NCBI GenBank assembly: GCA_044892525.1
Contig: CM097885.1
Span: 121,892,001 to 121,956,000 of the forward strand
Direction: 5' to 3'
Origin: Schmidtea polychroa
Taxonomy: Eukaryota
DNA length: 64,000 nt
Position 1 is the stretch's first letter. Each line of letters begins with the position of its first letter. Of this stretch, positions 51,501 through 61,500 are shown in pieces. The notes under the pieces were generated by a model that was not told the DNA's origin, did no database searches, and saw only the letters and a program-made list of their open reading frames with translations. The translations under genes and the position numbers were made by a program.

Positions 51501-53278
51501 TTGTTGCAAAATGTCATTACGAACTGTTGAGTTTTTGAAAAATTTCACAATAGCACGAACTTTATTTAATATCTCGGCTAGATTGATTTCTTCGGAAACT
51601 TCGGATTCGGTATCATCATTGTCAAACAAAGAATAACCTTCGTCATCTTTATCAAATTCATCATCTTCATTATTATCGCTGTCGTCTTCAGCTTCATTAT
51701 CGAAATTATCGCTATGATTTTTTGATTTTTTGCAATAAAATGTATTAGAAACAGCAAGGTGAAGACCATGATTTAAACATAATTGGACTTCAGCTGGATA
51801 TTCTCTACCGTATTTAACCATAACACTAGCCCCATCGTTGGTGGTAGCTACAATGTCTCTTTCGAAGGACAGATGGAAAATTTTAAGATGGTCAGCCACG
51901 GTCAGGTGAATCTTTGCCGAGTTGCATGATCCAATAATTCTTACCAATCCTAGGTTCAATACTTTACCTGTCTTATCATGTACATTTATGTTCATATAAC
52001 GGCGTTGTCGAGAACTTACCCATTCGTTCAAAGTGATACTAAATTTCTCACCTTTTTTTTGGCCTCATCAAAAAAACTTACATGAAGTTTTTTCTTTTTT
52101 TCATATTCGGCGTGAATAAGTGCCATTGTTCCACTTTCACTTTTAGGTAATTTATAGCCCTTTTCAGAAATTGCATGTCGAATAAAATTTGACCTTGTAA
52201 TGAATCTAATTGAAAAGCCGTCTTTTGTAGCCAACTCGTCAACAATTTCTCCAAGAATTGCTTTTTTCATAAAATCAACTATTGACGTTTTTTGTTGTAA
52301 TTTTGAGTTCCCATTTCCACTTGTTGAAGCAACGTTTGTAAGGGAATCATCGTGCGATCTTTTACAAGAAATCTTATGAATATTTCGCATGTGATTGATC
52401 ATTGCATACGTAGAACCCTTAGAATTGTTCACTTCTGTTCCGCATTTTTTACATTTAGCTTTATTGTTAGCATTGTTTGCAGCTGAAATTTTCGTAAAAT
52501 ATTCCCACACTGCCGACGACATTATTTGGGCATATATTTGAATTTTAAAAAAATACTTAAAAAAAATTATTAATTTTTGTTAAAAAAATTTAGTGGAAAA
52601 AATACTTACTTATAATAAGCATAAGAATTTAAGGCTAAGTTAGATTTAAAAAGGGATATGGTGGATCAGGATGAGCTAAGTTTATTTTGAGTCATTTTAT
52701 GATGGAAATAGTGGGCTTTGTGTGTTAATTTAAGGGTCGCAATAAATACTTAATAGTTACTATAAGAACTTTTATTTCTTCCAATTTCACCACTGATTAT
52801 TTTTTCCATTAAATTTATTAAAAAAAGAGTTACTGTTGCAATATTAAATCAATTTGTGTCATTGTAAATTGTAATAAATTGCACTAATCTATAAAAGTTT
52901 ATTGTCCGTGAATCGTTATTGTTGACAACCATAACATGCTTTGGGAAAAATTCACATTTCACAGACAACTCCAAAAATATTATATCTTATATGTAATCGT
53001 ATCAATTTATTAAATTACAATATATTTATTTAGATATTGACTGGCCTGATTTTGAACTTGATTCATCAGCAGTTGAAGCAATAAATGGGTTATTATTATA
53101 CGACTCATGCAAAAGATGGGGGTTTGCCCAGCTAGACAATAGTGATTACATAGATTATATGCGCAATTCCAATAATCCTCCATTTGTACCTAATGTTACT
53201 GGGAAGGAAGATACAGGATATCATGACTTTAGAAATAGGATATTTGATTACAGTGCAACTCACCATGTCATGGACTAA
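36598..53278 (+). CDS. MASTL: Greatwall/MASTL serine/threonine kinase
   Basis: Exons 36598-36600 (ATG only), 36762-36817, 36859-36959, 37004-37095, 39293-39432, 39477-39568, 40698-40810, 40853-41056, 41101-41292, 45650-45851, 53034-53278, all phase-compatible. Motifs [86 protein letters not shown] and PFVP...EDTGY. The insert between DFG and GTPDY is typical of Greatwall. Confidence 0.9.
37590..38369 (-). mobile_element. Degenerate hAT-like remnant in a MASTL intron
   Basis: GGGGTTCCCAAAC-type terminus near 37585 and broken coding-like frames running into the N-gap. Confidence 0.35.
39620..40440 (-). mobile_element. Degenerate DNA transposase remnant (hATm-like)
   Basis: Broken frame [21 protein letters not shown]...DRILQAR matches the AHPENILL transposase motif; the family label is tentative. 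Confidence 0.55.
42252..42493. mobile_element. piggyBac-type MITE
   Basis: TTAA on both sides; TIRs CCTCTTAAGTG and CACTGAAGAGG (10/11 complementary). Confidence 0.8.
42560..43135 (-). mobile_element. Degenerate Chapaev3-like (CMC) transposase N-terminus
   Basis: [15 protein letters not shown] and [10 protein letters not shown] match the CxNxPDxFCYICG and DHxxDCYFC motifs; multiple stops. Confidence 0.7.
47301..47400. mobile_element. hAT-type terminus with AAACCG subterminal repeats
   Basis: TAGAGTTTGCAAATAAACCG followed by clustered AAACCG/CGGTTT motifs, ending near the N-gap. Confidence 0.55.
47568..50559 (+). mobile_element. Apparently intact autonomous hAT element in the last MASTL intron (left TIR presumably in the N-gap)
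   Basis: Right terminus ATATCACCACTG; GTACCGGTTG subterminal repeats at 47587, 47618 and 50525; full-length transposase ORF. Confidence 0.8.
48245..50410 (+). CDS. hAT transposase (ZNF862/KIAA1586-like), 721 aa
   Basis: IIIDEAS (D), CSDGASVM (D), CLAH (CxxH), PRW and SAEAERGLS (E); N-terminal CxxC...H...H; uninterrupted. Confidence 0.92.
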   Translation: MKRQGNLDDFFSKSIKITKNPEQQAENITNSNQTKQVKEKNDTSEVQHQSEKAGTSRDAALLHFWNDKQLNYFKTKYEWLIVVSDENVGCQWCSKVESLNLETAKHLHISVEWKSCSVKAHGSNKENLQSSMRKKLKEHNESASHKKAGEIIKIGETNIISKSFDVANEKYLNSTVNIFNTIYFIIKNNYPFSDFKKLIDLQKKNNVDFGFSLHSRFIVPLVAKLISTEIRRISFGKLINTGCKISIIIDEASTVSHKSVLVVYLKSEIQDSDDSVTVFIDLVELDGTTSEIIFKTLISVLEKHGFNEKYLHENLIGFCSDGASVMLGKKAGVSARILEHFPGISICHCLAHRIQLTLDDVIKEVNEVNNFRYFLDKLYSYYHTSNKHQRELNNVSKELGTEVHKIGRIFGPRWAACSARTAKAVWKSYQALYIHFSQNKEIGIMSYFKNENFLKDLGLINDILEEISVLSTALQERDISLIRADRLIRRTINLFQHLKLNKGTYEKEADDIIKTKKYNIPFEINRKKTSIVVSRDKFFDCLEKHMKTRLLLDDKNENYNNLLNCFNLLNPETWPGDIFEAPWIEGENRLEQLNKIIKYIIPVNDFRDFVDVRDRESKNINTILRAKRILNVIAVNSAEAERGLSTMNNIIYDKRNSLLIETTSHLMTINLMGKSIEDFDATPYVKLWLREGHHMASDKRVKAAAPNLPSQNQNLIWKLFN
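50713..52522 (-). pseudogene. BED-finger hAT transposase, frameshifted
   Basis: BED finger (VWEYF...CKKC...NHMRNIH), ITLNEW (first catalytic D appears as N), NDGASVM, CLNH, HRWNS and TSTESERVF, split over three frames. Confidence 0.88.
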
Positions 53279-53714
53279 GTTGATAATATTTAAGTTTTCT
53301 CCTGTTATTATTTGTAATTAAATATTATTGTGAGCTGATCAATCATAGTATTTTTATCTTGAATTTATAAAAGATTAAATTTAGAAGTAAGAAAAAGGAG
53401 TATTATTTCTACCTAAAAAATTATGGAAAAAGCTATTTAATTTAATTTTTTTTTAATAATTATTTTTGTATAACTTGATACAGGTAACCCTTGAAGAACA
53501 CGATTAATCGGTTCCGTGTTCTTTGAAACCGTGTTGTTCGAGACTTTTTGTTTAGTAACGTCGCATTCATTATTATAATTCATTACTCTGTTTGGCTGAT
53601 GCTAAGGGTAAAACATTTTATCTGACCCACATCTTTTTACTCACTCTCCTTTTTACTATTAACGGACTTAAATCACACTAATTCTAAGTGAAATAATTTT
53701 TCGTATTTAAGCTA

Positions 53715-53777
<63 letters not shown>
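53715..53777. repeat. Compound (CA)n(TA)n microsatellite
   Basis: Directly visible. Confidence 0.95.
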
Positions 53778-53780
<3 letters not shown>

Positions 53781-53999
53781 TGGCTGTTTTCTCGGCTGCT
53801 GGTGGCGTTATCGGCAGTTGTGTAATGAAAGCGGCCAAAGCTGGGAATATATCTGTTTTTATATAATTTGGAATTTGTTCTACAACTGCATATGTGTTTA
53901 TCCCAGCTCGCAGTTCTGATCTTGAGATCATGAATACCCCCTTGATCTTCGTTGCGGTTCTAATCCATTGATTCTATTCATTTATTTAACTTTCCGACA

Positions 54000-55425
54000 T
54001 GTTCAGGTCAGAACCACGTCGCCTTCATTCTTCAGCAGTGTCGGACGAGTGATTCTGCTCTTTCCGTGTAGTGGGCAACGTCATGCAGGAACTTCTCTAA
54101 GATGTATACTGTAATAAAAGAATCGATAAAGAAAATTAAAAACTAAGAAAACTAAAACAAACATGCACAACTTTCCAAAACACCAATCATTAACCTTAAA
54201 AGAAAATAATGGAATTTGGCACGACGTATCAAACGAAAACAATAAAAGAGTTATTGTTGGGTTTTATAATAACAAAAGATTGATCGTTGGTTACTCTGAC
54301 TCCTCGTGTTCAGACAAATCAATAAACTCCGATTTCCCAACGTATATTTGTTATTACACTTTACAATTCTCAATCACAACAAATTTCACACAATAATTTA
54401 ATAATCAAACTTTTTATCTATTCGATCAAGCCCCACCTCGGAAGTCTCGACCCTGTGCGATCTTGAAAGTAACTATCACCTTTTAATTCCTTTATTCGAC
54501 TCCTTGTCTTTGATTTGATTTGTTTGACTGTTTTGAATTTAATTCACTCAACTCTTTGATTCACTTTTGATACCCTTTAATTTCCTTGATCTGACTTCTT
54601 TGATTCCTTAATTTTCCACGTCTCTTCAATTTCACCCCTTCTAACAATCTCCAAAACCTATTGTCGATTTCTTCTTCCCTACCTAAGGCTAACGCCAAAT
54701 TTTCTGAATTTGGAGTCTCCTTATATACTCCAATAATCATTTTGATTACCAGCGGCTTTCTTTGATATTATGATAAAATAACTGTAATTAATCATTTCTA
54801 CCGTTCCTTCATGTTATTTCCGATCTTTTTTTATTTACCCTCACTTATCCTGTTGATTCCATAATAGTTCTCTAAAAGTTAAACTGTTTATTTTTCTCGA
54901 TTGCCGCGCTCGGTTGTTAAGATAATGTCTCTCCAAAAGTCGTTTTGTTTGTTTTGATAATCGTTCTCCAACGTTCAGTTTGTTTATTTTCCCTAATAAC
55001 CGTGCTCGAGGTTTCTTCATCTCTCGGGTTCTCCATTGGCTCGGACTTCCCATTAGCCCGGGTTTTCCATTAGCCAATTAATTAATTAATTAATGATTTC
55101 TGTTTTAACCTTTTTACCTATTTTCAACCCTTTCAAGACATTTTCTGACAATTTCTTGCTCGCTATCTTCTTCGCCAATCCCTGATCTACACCTATTCCG
55201 TTTTCCAGTTTCGATTTTGATAACTTTTCAATTTATTCCAATTTCTCCGATTTGCACTTTTTCTCCATTCCGTATCTGCTTACACCTTTTTCTCGTTCTG
55301 TTTTCCTTATGTCTTTCTTCAATTCTCTGCTTGATCGCGATTCTCTTTCGTTCCCCTTCAATGTTCTTTTGAATCAAATTAATTCTAATTTAATTTAAGA
55401 TAATTTTAATTTGACAACCTCAACA
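54000..55425 (-). mobile_element. 3' LTR (1426 bp) of the Gypsy element
   Basis: Imperfect 9-bp inverted termini TGTTCAGGT and ACCTCAACA; adjacent polypurine tract; TATATAA at 54727-54721. Confidence 0.85.
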
Positions 55426-55440
55426 TATCTCCCCCCTTAA
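55426..55440 (-). promoter_or_regulatory. Polypurine tract
   Basis: Minus strand TTAAGGGGGGAGATA lies immediately before TGTTGAGG. Confidence 0.85.
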
Positions 55441-57009
55441 AAAAAATTTCGTCCTCGAAATACATGTTGATAGTTTTTTAATTGAAGAAATAGATTAAAA
55501 TCAAATTTTGGCCAATTCGTCTATAAATTTAAATTAAACATTATTTTTCCATTAAAGTAAATTAAATTATAGTAATTAAATTTTAAATGAAAATTAATTA
55601 TAGATATAATTTTAAATATATACTAGTACATAATGCTGAATTAATTAAATTTTTTTATCTAACTTAAGTGTGAAATTAATTAATTTATTTCGAAATATCT
55701 GTGGATACTTCGTCTAAAATATCTTATCTTACGCGAATTTTAATTTACAAATACCTTTTACTAGTCCTTACATAATTTTCATGTGTAAATAAATTCTATA
55801 ATAATTTTGGAATTTATTTTCAATTTTAAAACGTTTAAAAATAGTCAAGTTGTTTAATGAATACAATATCAATTAACGTAAATGTTTCTGTAATTAAATA
55901 AAAACTCTAAATAATCGAATTTTATCACATAATTTTACACCGAAAATTTCAACAAATGCTTTCATTTAATTAATTAAATTTGAAAATAGAAAACTTTTAA
56001 TTTAATAATAGCATTTTAACAAACTAATTTCAATTGACTATCATTTCGACAAAATGGGAAAAAAGTGATATGAAGATATTTGAAATTTTTAAATTAAAAA
56101 AACCGATAAATTATAATAAAAATGAATGATTTTACTGATAAAAACTTTGGTAAATAATGTTGATTTATTTAAATAAATATTTATTGAACTCAAATTATCC
56201 AAAGATCAACATTGATCTGAGTTCCAAACTCAAATTATCAACATCGAACTGGCTATATAAGGCACAACCTAGCCATTATTCATTTCTGAAAATTTATGCT
56301 CGATGGATGTAAGTGCGTAATTTTATTATTATTAATATTAATANNNNNNNNNNNNNNNNNNNNNNNNNNNNNNNNNNNNNNNNNNNNNNNNNNNNNNNNN
56401 NNNNNNNNNNNNNNNNNNNNNNNNNNNNNNNNNNNNNNNNNNNNNNNNNNNNNNNNNNNNNNNNNNNNNNNNNNNNNNNNNNNNNNNNNNNNNNNNNNNN
56501 NNNNNNNNNNNNNNNNNNNNNNNNNNNNNNNNNNNNNNNNNNNNNNNNNNNNNNNNNNNNNNNNNNNNNNNNNNCCCATTTATTTATAGAAACGATATTA
56601 CACTGTAGACTTATGATACTTGTACTACATATATCCCTTACAACTAAGCAACTGAAATTTTATAATATTCGTTATTTTAGGCTCCTAAGTCCGAAGAATT
56701 GGTTTGGTTGCCGGTCGCCCTTCCGCGACGTCGGGGCCTCAAAAGAACCTTTGGAGTTATGGAAGGCTTTGCGAAAACTCTCCTATTTGAAAATGACCCT
56801 CCCCACGGAGTTCGGGACGACTTCGTCGTCCAAAGTTTTATTATTTTGGATGACGATGATTGACTTTGATTCACCTAATTCTTATTTATGGTGTTATTTA
56901 TAATAAATTTGCCTTATTTTAGTTTTAGTTTTCACCATTACTATTTCAAGGACGAAAATTTAAAAAGGGTTATTTCTTTTCATTAACATTTTTATTAATT
57001 CTCACAGTT

Positions 57010-57255
57010 TTAGTCCAAGTTATGCATTTCTCCCTCCTCCATAGTTTCGTCTTCCTGCTCCTGTAGTTTCATTCGCCATAGAACTACCTCGGCTTCATAT
57101 CTGAAAAGAAGAATTTCCATTTTTTCAAATCGTCTTTTGACCACCCAATTCTCTTGTTCCAGATCGAAAATTCTTTTCTCCATTGCCTTCATTTTTTTTT
57201 CATCTCTTTCATGGTGTTAAGACATTCTTTTAGTGATTCCTCTTCCTGCATTTCC
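57010..57255 (-). CDS. Possible small coiled-coil accessory ORF in the Gypsy 3' region (one homopolymer frameshift)
   Basis: After an acceptor (TTTAG) the frame EMQEEESLKECLNTMKEM joins MKAMEKRIFDLEQENW... across an A9 run that is one base short. Confidence 0.35.
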
Positions 57256-57441
57256 TAAAGTTAAAGATAATTAATACTTTAATTACATCTCTCCTTCCAT
57301 CGCACAAGGCCAGACCCTCCTCAGCAACACTCGATCAAACAAAATATTTTCCATTCAGATCACACATTTCTAATTTACTTTTAACCATACTGATTATCAA
57401 TAATTATATATATATATATTATAACATGCATGCAATATAAA

Positions 57442-58560
57442 TCATTGTCGATGAACATAGTTAGGTGTCCTTTTGCATATTACGATTGTTATTATTAGAA
57501 ACACTATGGATAATATGAAAAATGCTGTTATCATAAGATAGAGTAAGTATTCACAGATGATTAATGTTTGGTTCGTTTCATTTAAAACTAGCTTGCTCAT
57601 TTGAGTTCGATTAAATTTATTTCGATTCAGTGGTGGACCCGTGGTTGCTACTATCGTCTGCGTTTGATGTGTGGCTGTTAGGATCAACTCTGGCCTTTTG
57701 ATCAGTTTTGTTTCTACCAAAACTGTTTGCCAACGATATGGTTTGTCCATCCACAGCTGGTATTTGATTTTTATCAGGTAATTATCTCCTAAATTAGACG
57801 TATTAAATAAAAAGTAACTTTTACCCACATCCAACAAAACGATAATTCTTTGATTTTCACTAATAATTACTCTTTCATTGATCATTGATTTTCTATATAT
57901 TGCTATCGCTTCATACTGCACTTTGAAAATCACTATATTCGATACATTTCTTAGGTAAATATTCTGCTTTTCGGTTTTAAACAATGCCCATCTATTGTTC
58001 ATTATTGTCCCGTTATCGTATAGCATATTTTCATAATAATTTGTTAATATGGTATAATTGGCATTCATTTTTAGGTTATAATATCGAGAATACGATTTCC
58101 GTGTATTTAATGTATCAACAAAGTTTTGAAATATCACTTGTGCTTTCACCCGTTCACTTGCTGTCCAATACACATTTACTCCATTTAATACCGGCTCTAT
58201 TTCGACTGTATGTCGTAATTCTTTCGTTTGTATTATGACTCGAATTTGACTAAACTTTACCGACGAATTTGTCTCATTTTGTTTTATAAACCACGGATAC
58301 CTGAAGTTCGCCTTTAATTCTTATGCCACATACATATTTCTATCGTAATTAAGAATACTGACCGGCGTGAATGGATCTAAGAGGTTGTCAATTTCTATCT
58401 GTTCCGATATCTCACAATGATAGATCCAGACAATATTCGTATACGTAGAGTATATATTGATCTTTTCCCATAAGGGTATTTTTGTCACTGCATAAGGTAA
58501 ATCGACCTTCCCACCCTTAACACTTGTCACTGTTAACAGAGCAATCATTATAAACAACAT
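57442..58560 (-). CDS. Second envelope-like type I membrane glycoprotein (about 372 codons, one internal TAA), in frame with integrase
   Basis: Signal-like MLFIMIALLTVTSVKG at 58560. The frame stays open on both sides of the single TAA at 58323-58321. At least seven N-x-S/T sequons and a C-terminal hydrophobic helix, LLYLMITAFFILSIVFLIITIVIC. Confidence 0.7.
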
Positions 58561-61500
58561 TTTTGTAATGTAACTGATTGGGACTGGGTTTTTGGTAAAT
58601 TTTTGTTGAACTATGGCATCCACTTTTTCTTTGTTTTGTTTTGATCGAAGTGGATATCTTGTTTCATCGTCTTCTGGCATTAATTTGCATCGATTTGCAT
58701 GAACTATTATAGGATTAGCTTTTTTACTCCTGAATGGTAGTAGTTTCAAATTTGTTTCAGTTGTGTCACATACTTTATATGGCCCTTTAAACGGTCTCTG
58801 TAATTTTGGTGACATTCCTTTGAGCGGTTCAGGTCTATTGAGATATACCAAGTCTCCAATTTTGATTCCATGTGGATGTGCCTTTTTATCATAGGCTTCT
58901 TTATACTTTTCTTGATTGTGTTTTACCGTTAACCCAGCTTTTGCCCACACGGACTGCACTCTTTCTTGCATTAATGCTTTATAGTCTGGTATTTCCATAT
59001 ATTGTGTTACCGGCAATTGGAAGTTTAAATCTATCGGCATATTATTTCTTCTTAGATACATCAAATAAAAAGGTGTCTCACCCGTGCTTGGGTTTATTGC
59101 ATTTCGGTAAGCAAACAAGCAAGGCTTTATATATTCATCCCAATCCCTTTGCTTACTATTAACATACGACGAAATCATATTTATCAATGTACCGTTAAAT
59201 CTCTCAACTAAGCCATCGGTTTGTGGATGATAAGGAGAAGTATTCAGCTTCCAGATTCCAAATAACTCAGTAATTGATTTAAATAATTCGCTTTGAAAGT
59301 TTGAGCCCTGATCAGTTAGTAATTTCTTAGGAGTGCCATATCTAAAGACAATATTCTCTACGAATATTTTGGCTACCGTATCGGCCTTTTGATTGGGTAT
59401 GGCGTAAGCTTCCGGCCATCTCGTCAAATAATCACAGAATACTACAATACATTTATTTCCTTTTATTGTTTCAGGTAATGGTCCCACAATGTCCATTGCA
59501 GTCATCTCCATTGGTGCAGTTGGTACAGGCATTGGTTTTAAAGGTACTTTAATTTTATTTCCTGTATTTCTCCTTGTAATACATATTTTACATTTCTTGC
59601 ACCAATCTCTCACATCTTGCTCCATTAATGGCCAATAATATTTTAGTTTTAGTCTCGATAAAGTTTTTCTAGCAGATAAGTGCCCTCCTAAAGCTCCGTC
59701 GTGATATTGCATCAATAATGAATCTCTCTGTTTTTCAGGAATCATGATTAGTATCTCATCGTTTTTTACACATTTTAATATTCCTTCGTGAATTATATAT
59801 TTGTGATTTTCATTGATTATTTTCTTTAAATTGCTCTTTTTTTCGACTGTAATTGCTCGTTCAAAAAACTGTTTAAGTTGATTGTCATTTTTCTGTTCAT
59901 TTTGTAACTCTATCATATTGTTAACGGCTTTAATTGCGGCAAATATCGTGCCTTCAATCGTTTCTGTACTACCTTCACTTTCAATGCCTCCATTGGGAAT
60001 TCTAGACATTGTATCGGCATTTGCATTAGCTTTCCCTGCTCTGTATTTAATTTCGAAATCATACTCTTGAAGAGCTATTGACCACCTAATTAATTTACTA
60101 GCTGAATCTCTATGCTTCATCAACCATTGAAGAGGATTGTGATCAGTGTATACGATAAATTTCCGTCCCAACAAGTATTGTCTAAACGTAGCGATTCCGT
60201 AAACTAACGCTAAGGTTTCTTTTTCAATTGTTGAATAATTTTTTTCATGTGGTCTCAGTGACCTGCTTGCATACGCTATCACGTGATCTTTTTCCCCATC
60301 TACCTTCTGACCCAACACTGCGCCTAATGCAACGTTACTGGCATCCGTCATTAATAAGAACAATTTTGTAAAATCTGGGCATTTCAAAATAGGTGTCGTT
60401 ATTAATTTTTGCTTCAGTGCGTCAAATGCTTCTTGTTGAGTTTTGTTCCATATGAACTTGTTATTCTTCTTCAATAATGAATTTAACGGTTGAGCTATAA
60501 GCGAGAAATTCTTTATAAACTTTCTATAATAGCTTGCTAATCCTAAGAATTGCCTCACATCATCCGCATTCTTTGGAATTGGATACACTTCCACTTTTTT
60601 AATGTTGTCAGGATTTGTTTGTAGACCTCGTCTTGATATTATATGACCAACATACACCACTTCGGATTTTCCCCATTCACACTTCGATGGTTTTATTTTC
60701 AATTTTGCTTCTTTTAGTCGTTTAAATACTGCCTCAACATCATCGAGATGTTCATCAAAGCTATTTGAAAATATAATAATATCATCAATGTAAACTAACG
60801 CGTGTTTTAAGCCTCTTAATACAAAATTCATATCTCTTTGAAATGTAGCCGGGGCTCCCGTCAAACCGAACGGTAGAACATTGAACTCATATAACCCTTT
60901 GCCATCTGAAAAGGCTGTCTTCTTTCTATCCTCTTCCTTGACTTTAAATTGATTATACCCTTTATTCAAATCAATCACAGTAAAATATTGAGCTTCTCCC
61001 ATCTGATCGAACATTTCCTGGGGTACAGGAATTGGATATGTATCTTTTCTTGTTACCTGGTTCAGTTTTCTGTAATCCACACAAAATCGTAAATCTCCGT
61101 CTTTTTTCTTTACAATTACAATGGACGACGAAAACGGTGATGAGCTATCTCTGATTATTCCAAAATCTTTCATTGCCTGAATTTGTCGATCACTTTCGGT
61201 TTGATGAATATATGGTATTCTGTACGGTTTTATTTTCACCGGGGTTTCATCCAACAACGGAATTTCATGTTCAATTATATTTGTTAACCCCAAGTCATAT
61301 TCGTGTCTCGCAAAAATATCCCGGTATCTCCTCAACAATTCTGTAAACTTTTGCCTTTGCTCTTCGGTCAGATCAGTACTTACTACTTCAGGTTCTTTAT
61401 AAATTTTTACGTTTTTAGGAATCTTCCTTTCCGCTTCTATCAACATATTAGACAATTTGCCTAGTTTCGTCTTTGGTTTTAGCCGAATTGGCTTGTCACC

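Noticed and set aside
48811-51769. Short ORFs antisense to the hAT transposases, Gypsy pol, Wee1 and the LTR ORFs
   Set aside because: They are shadows of real coding frames on the opposite strand, with no independent motifs.
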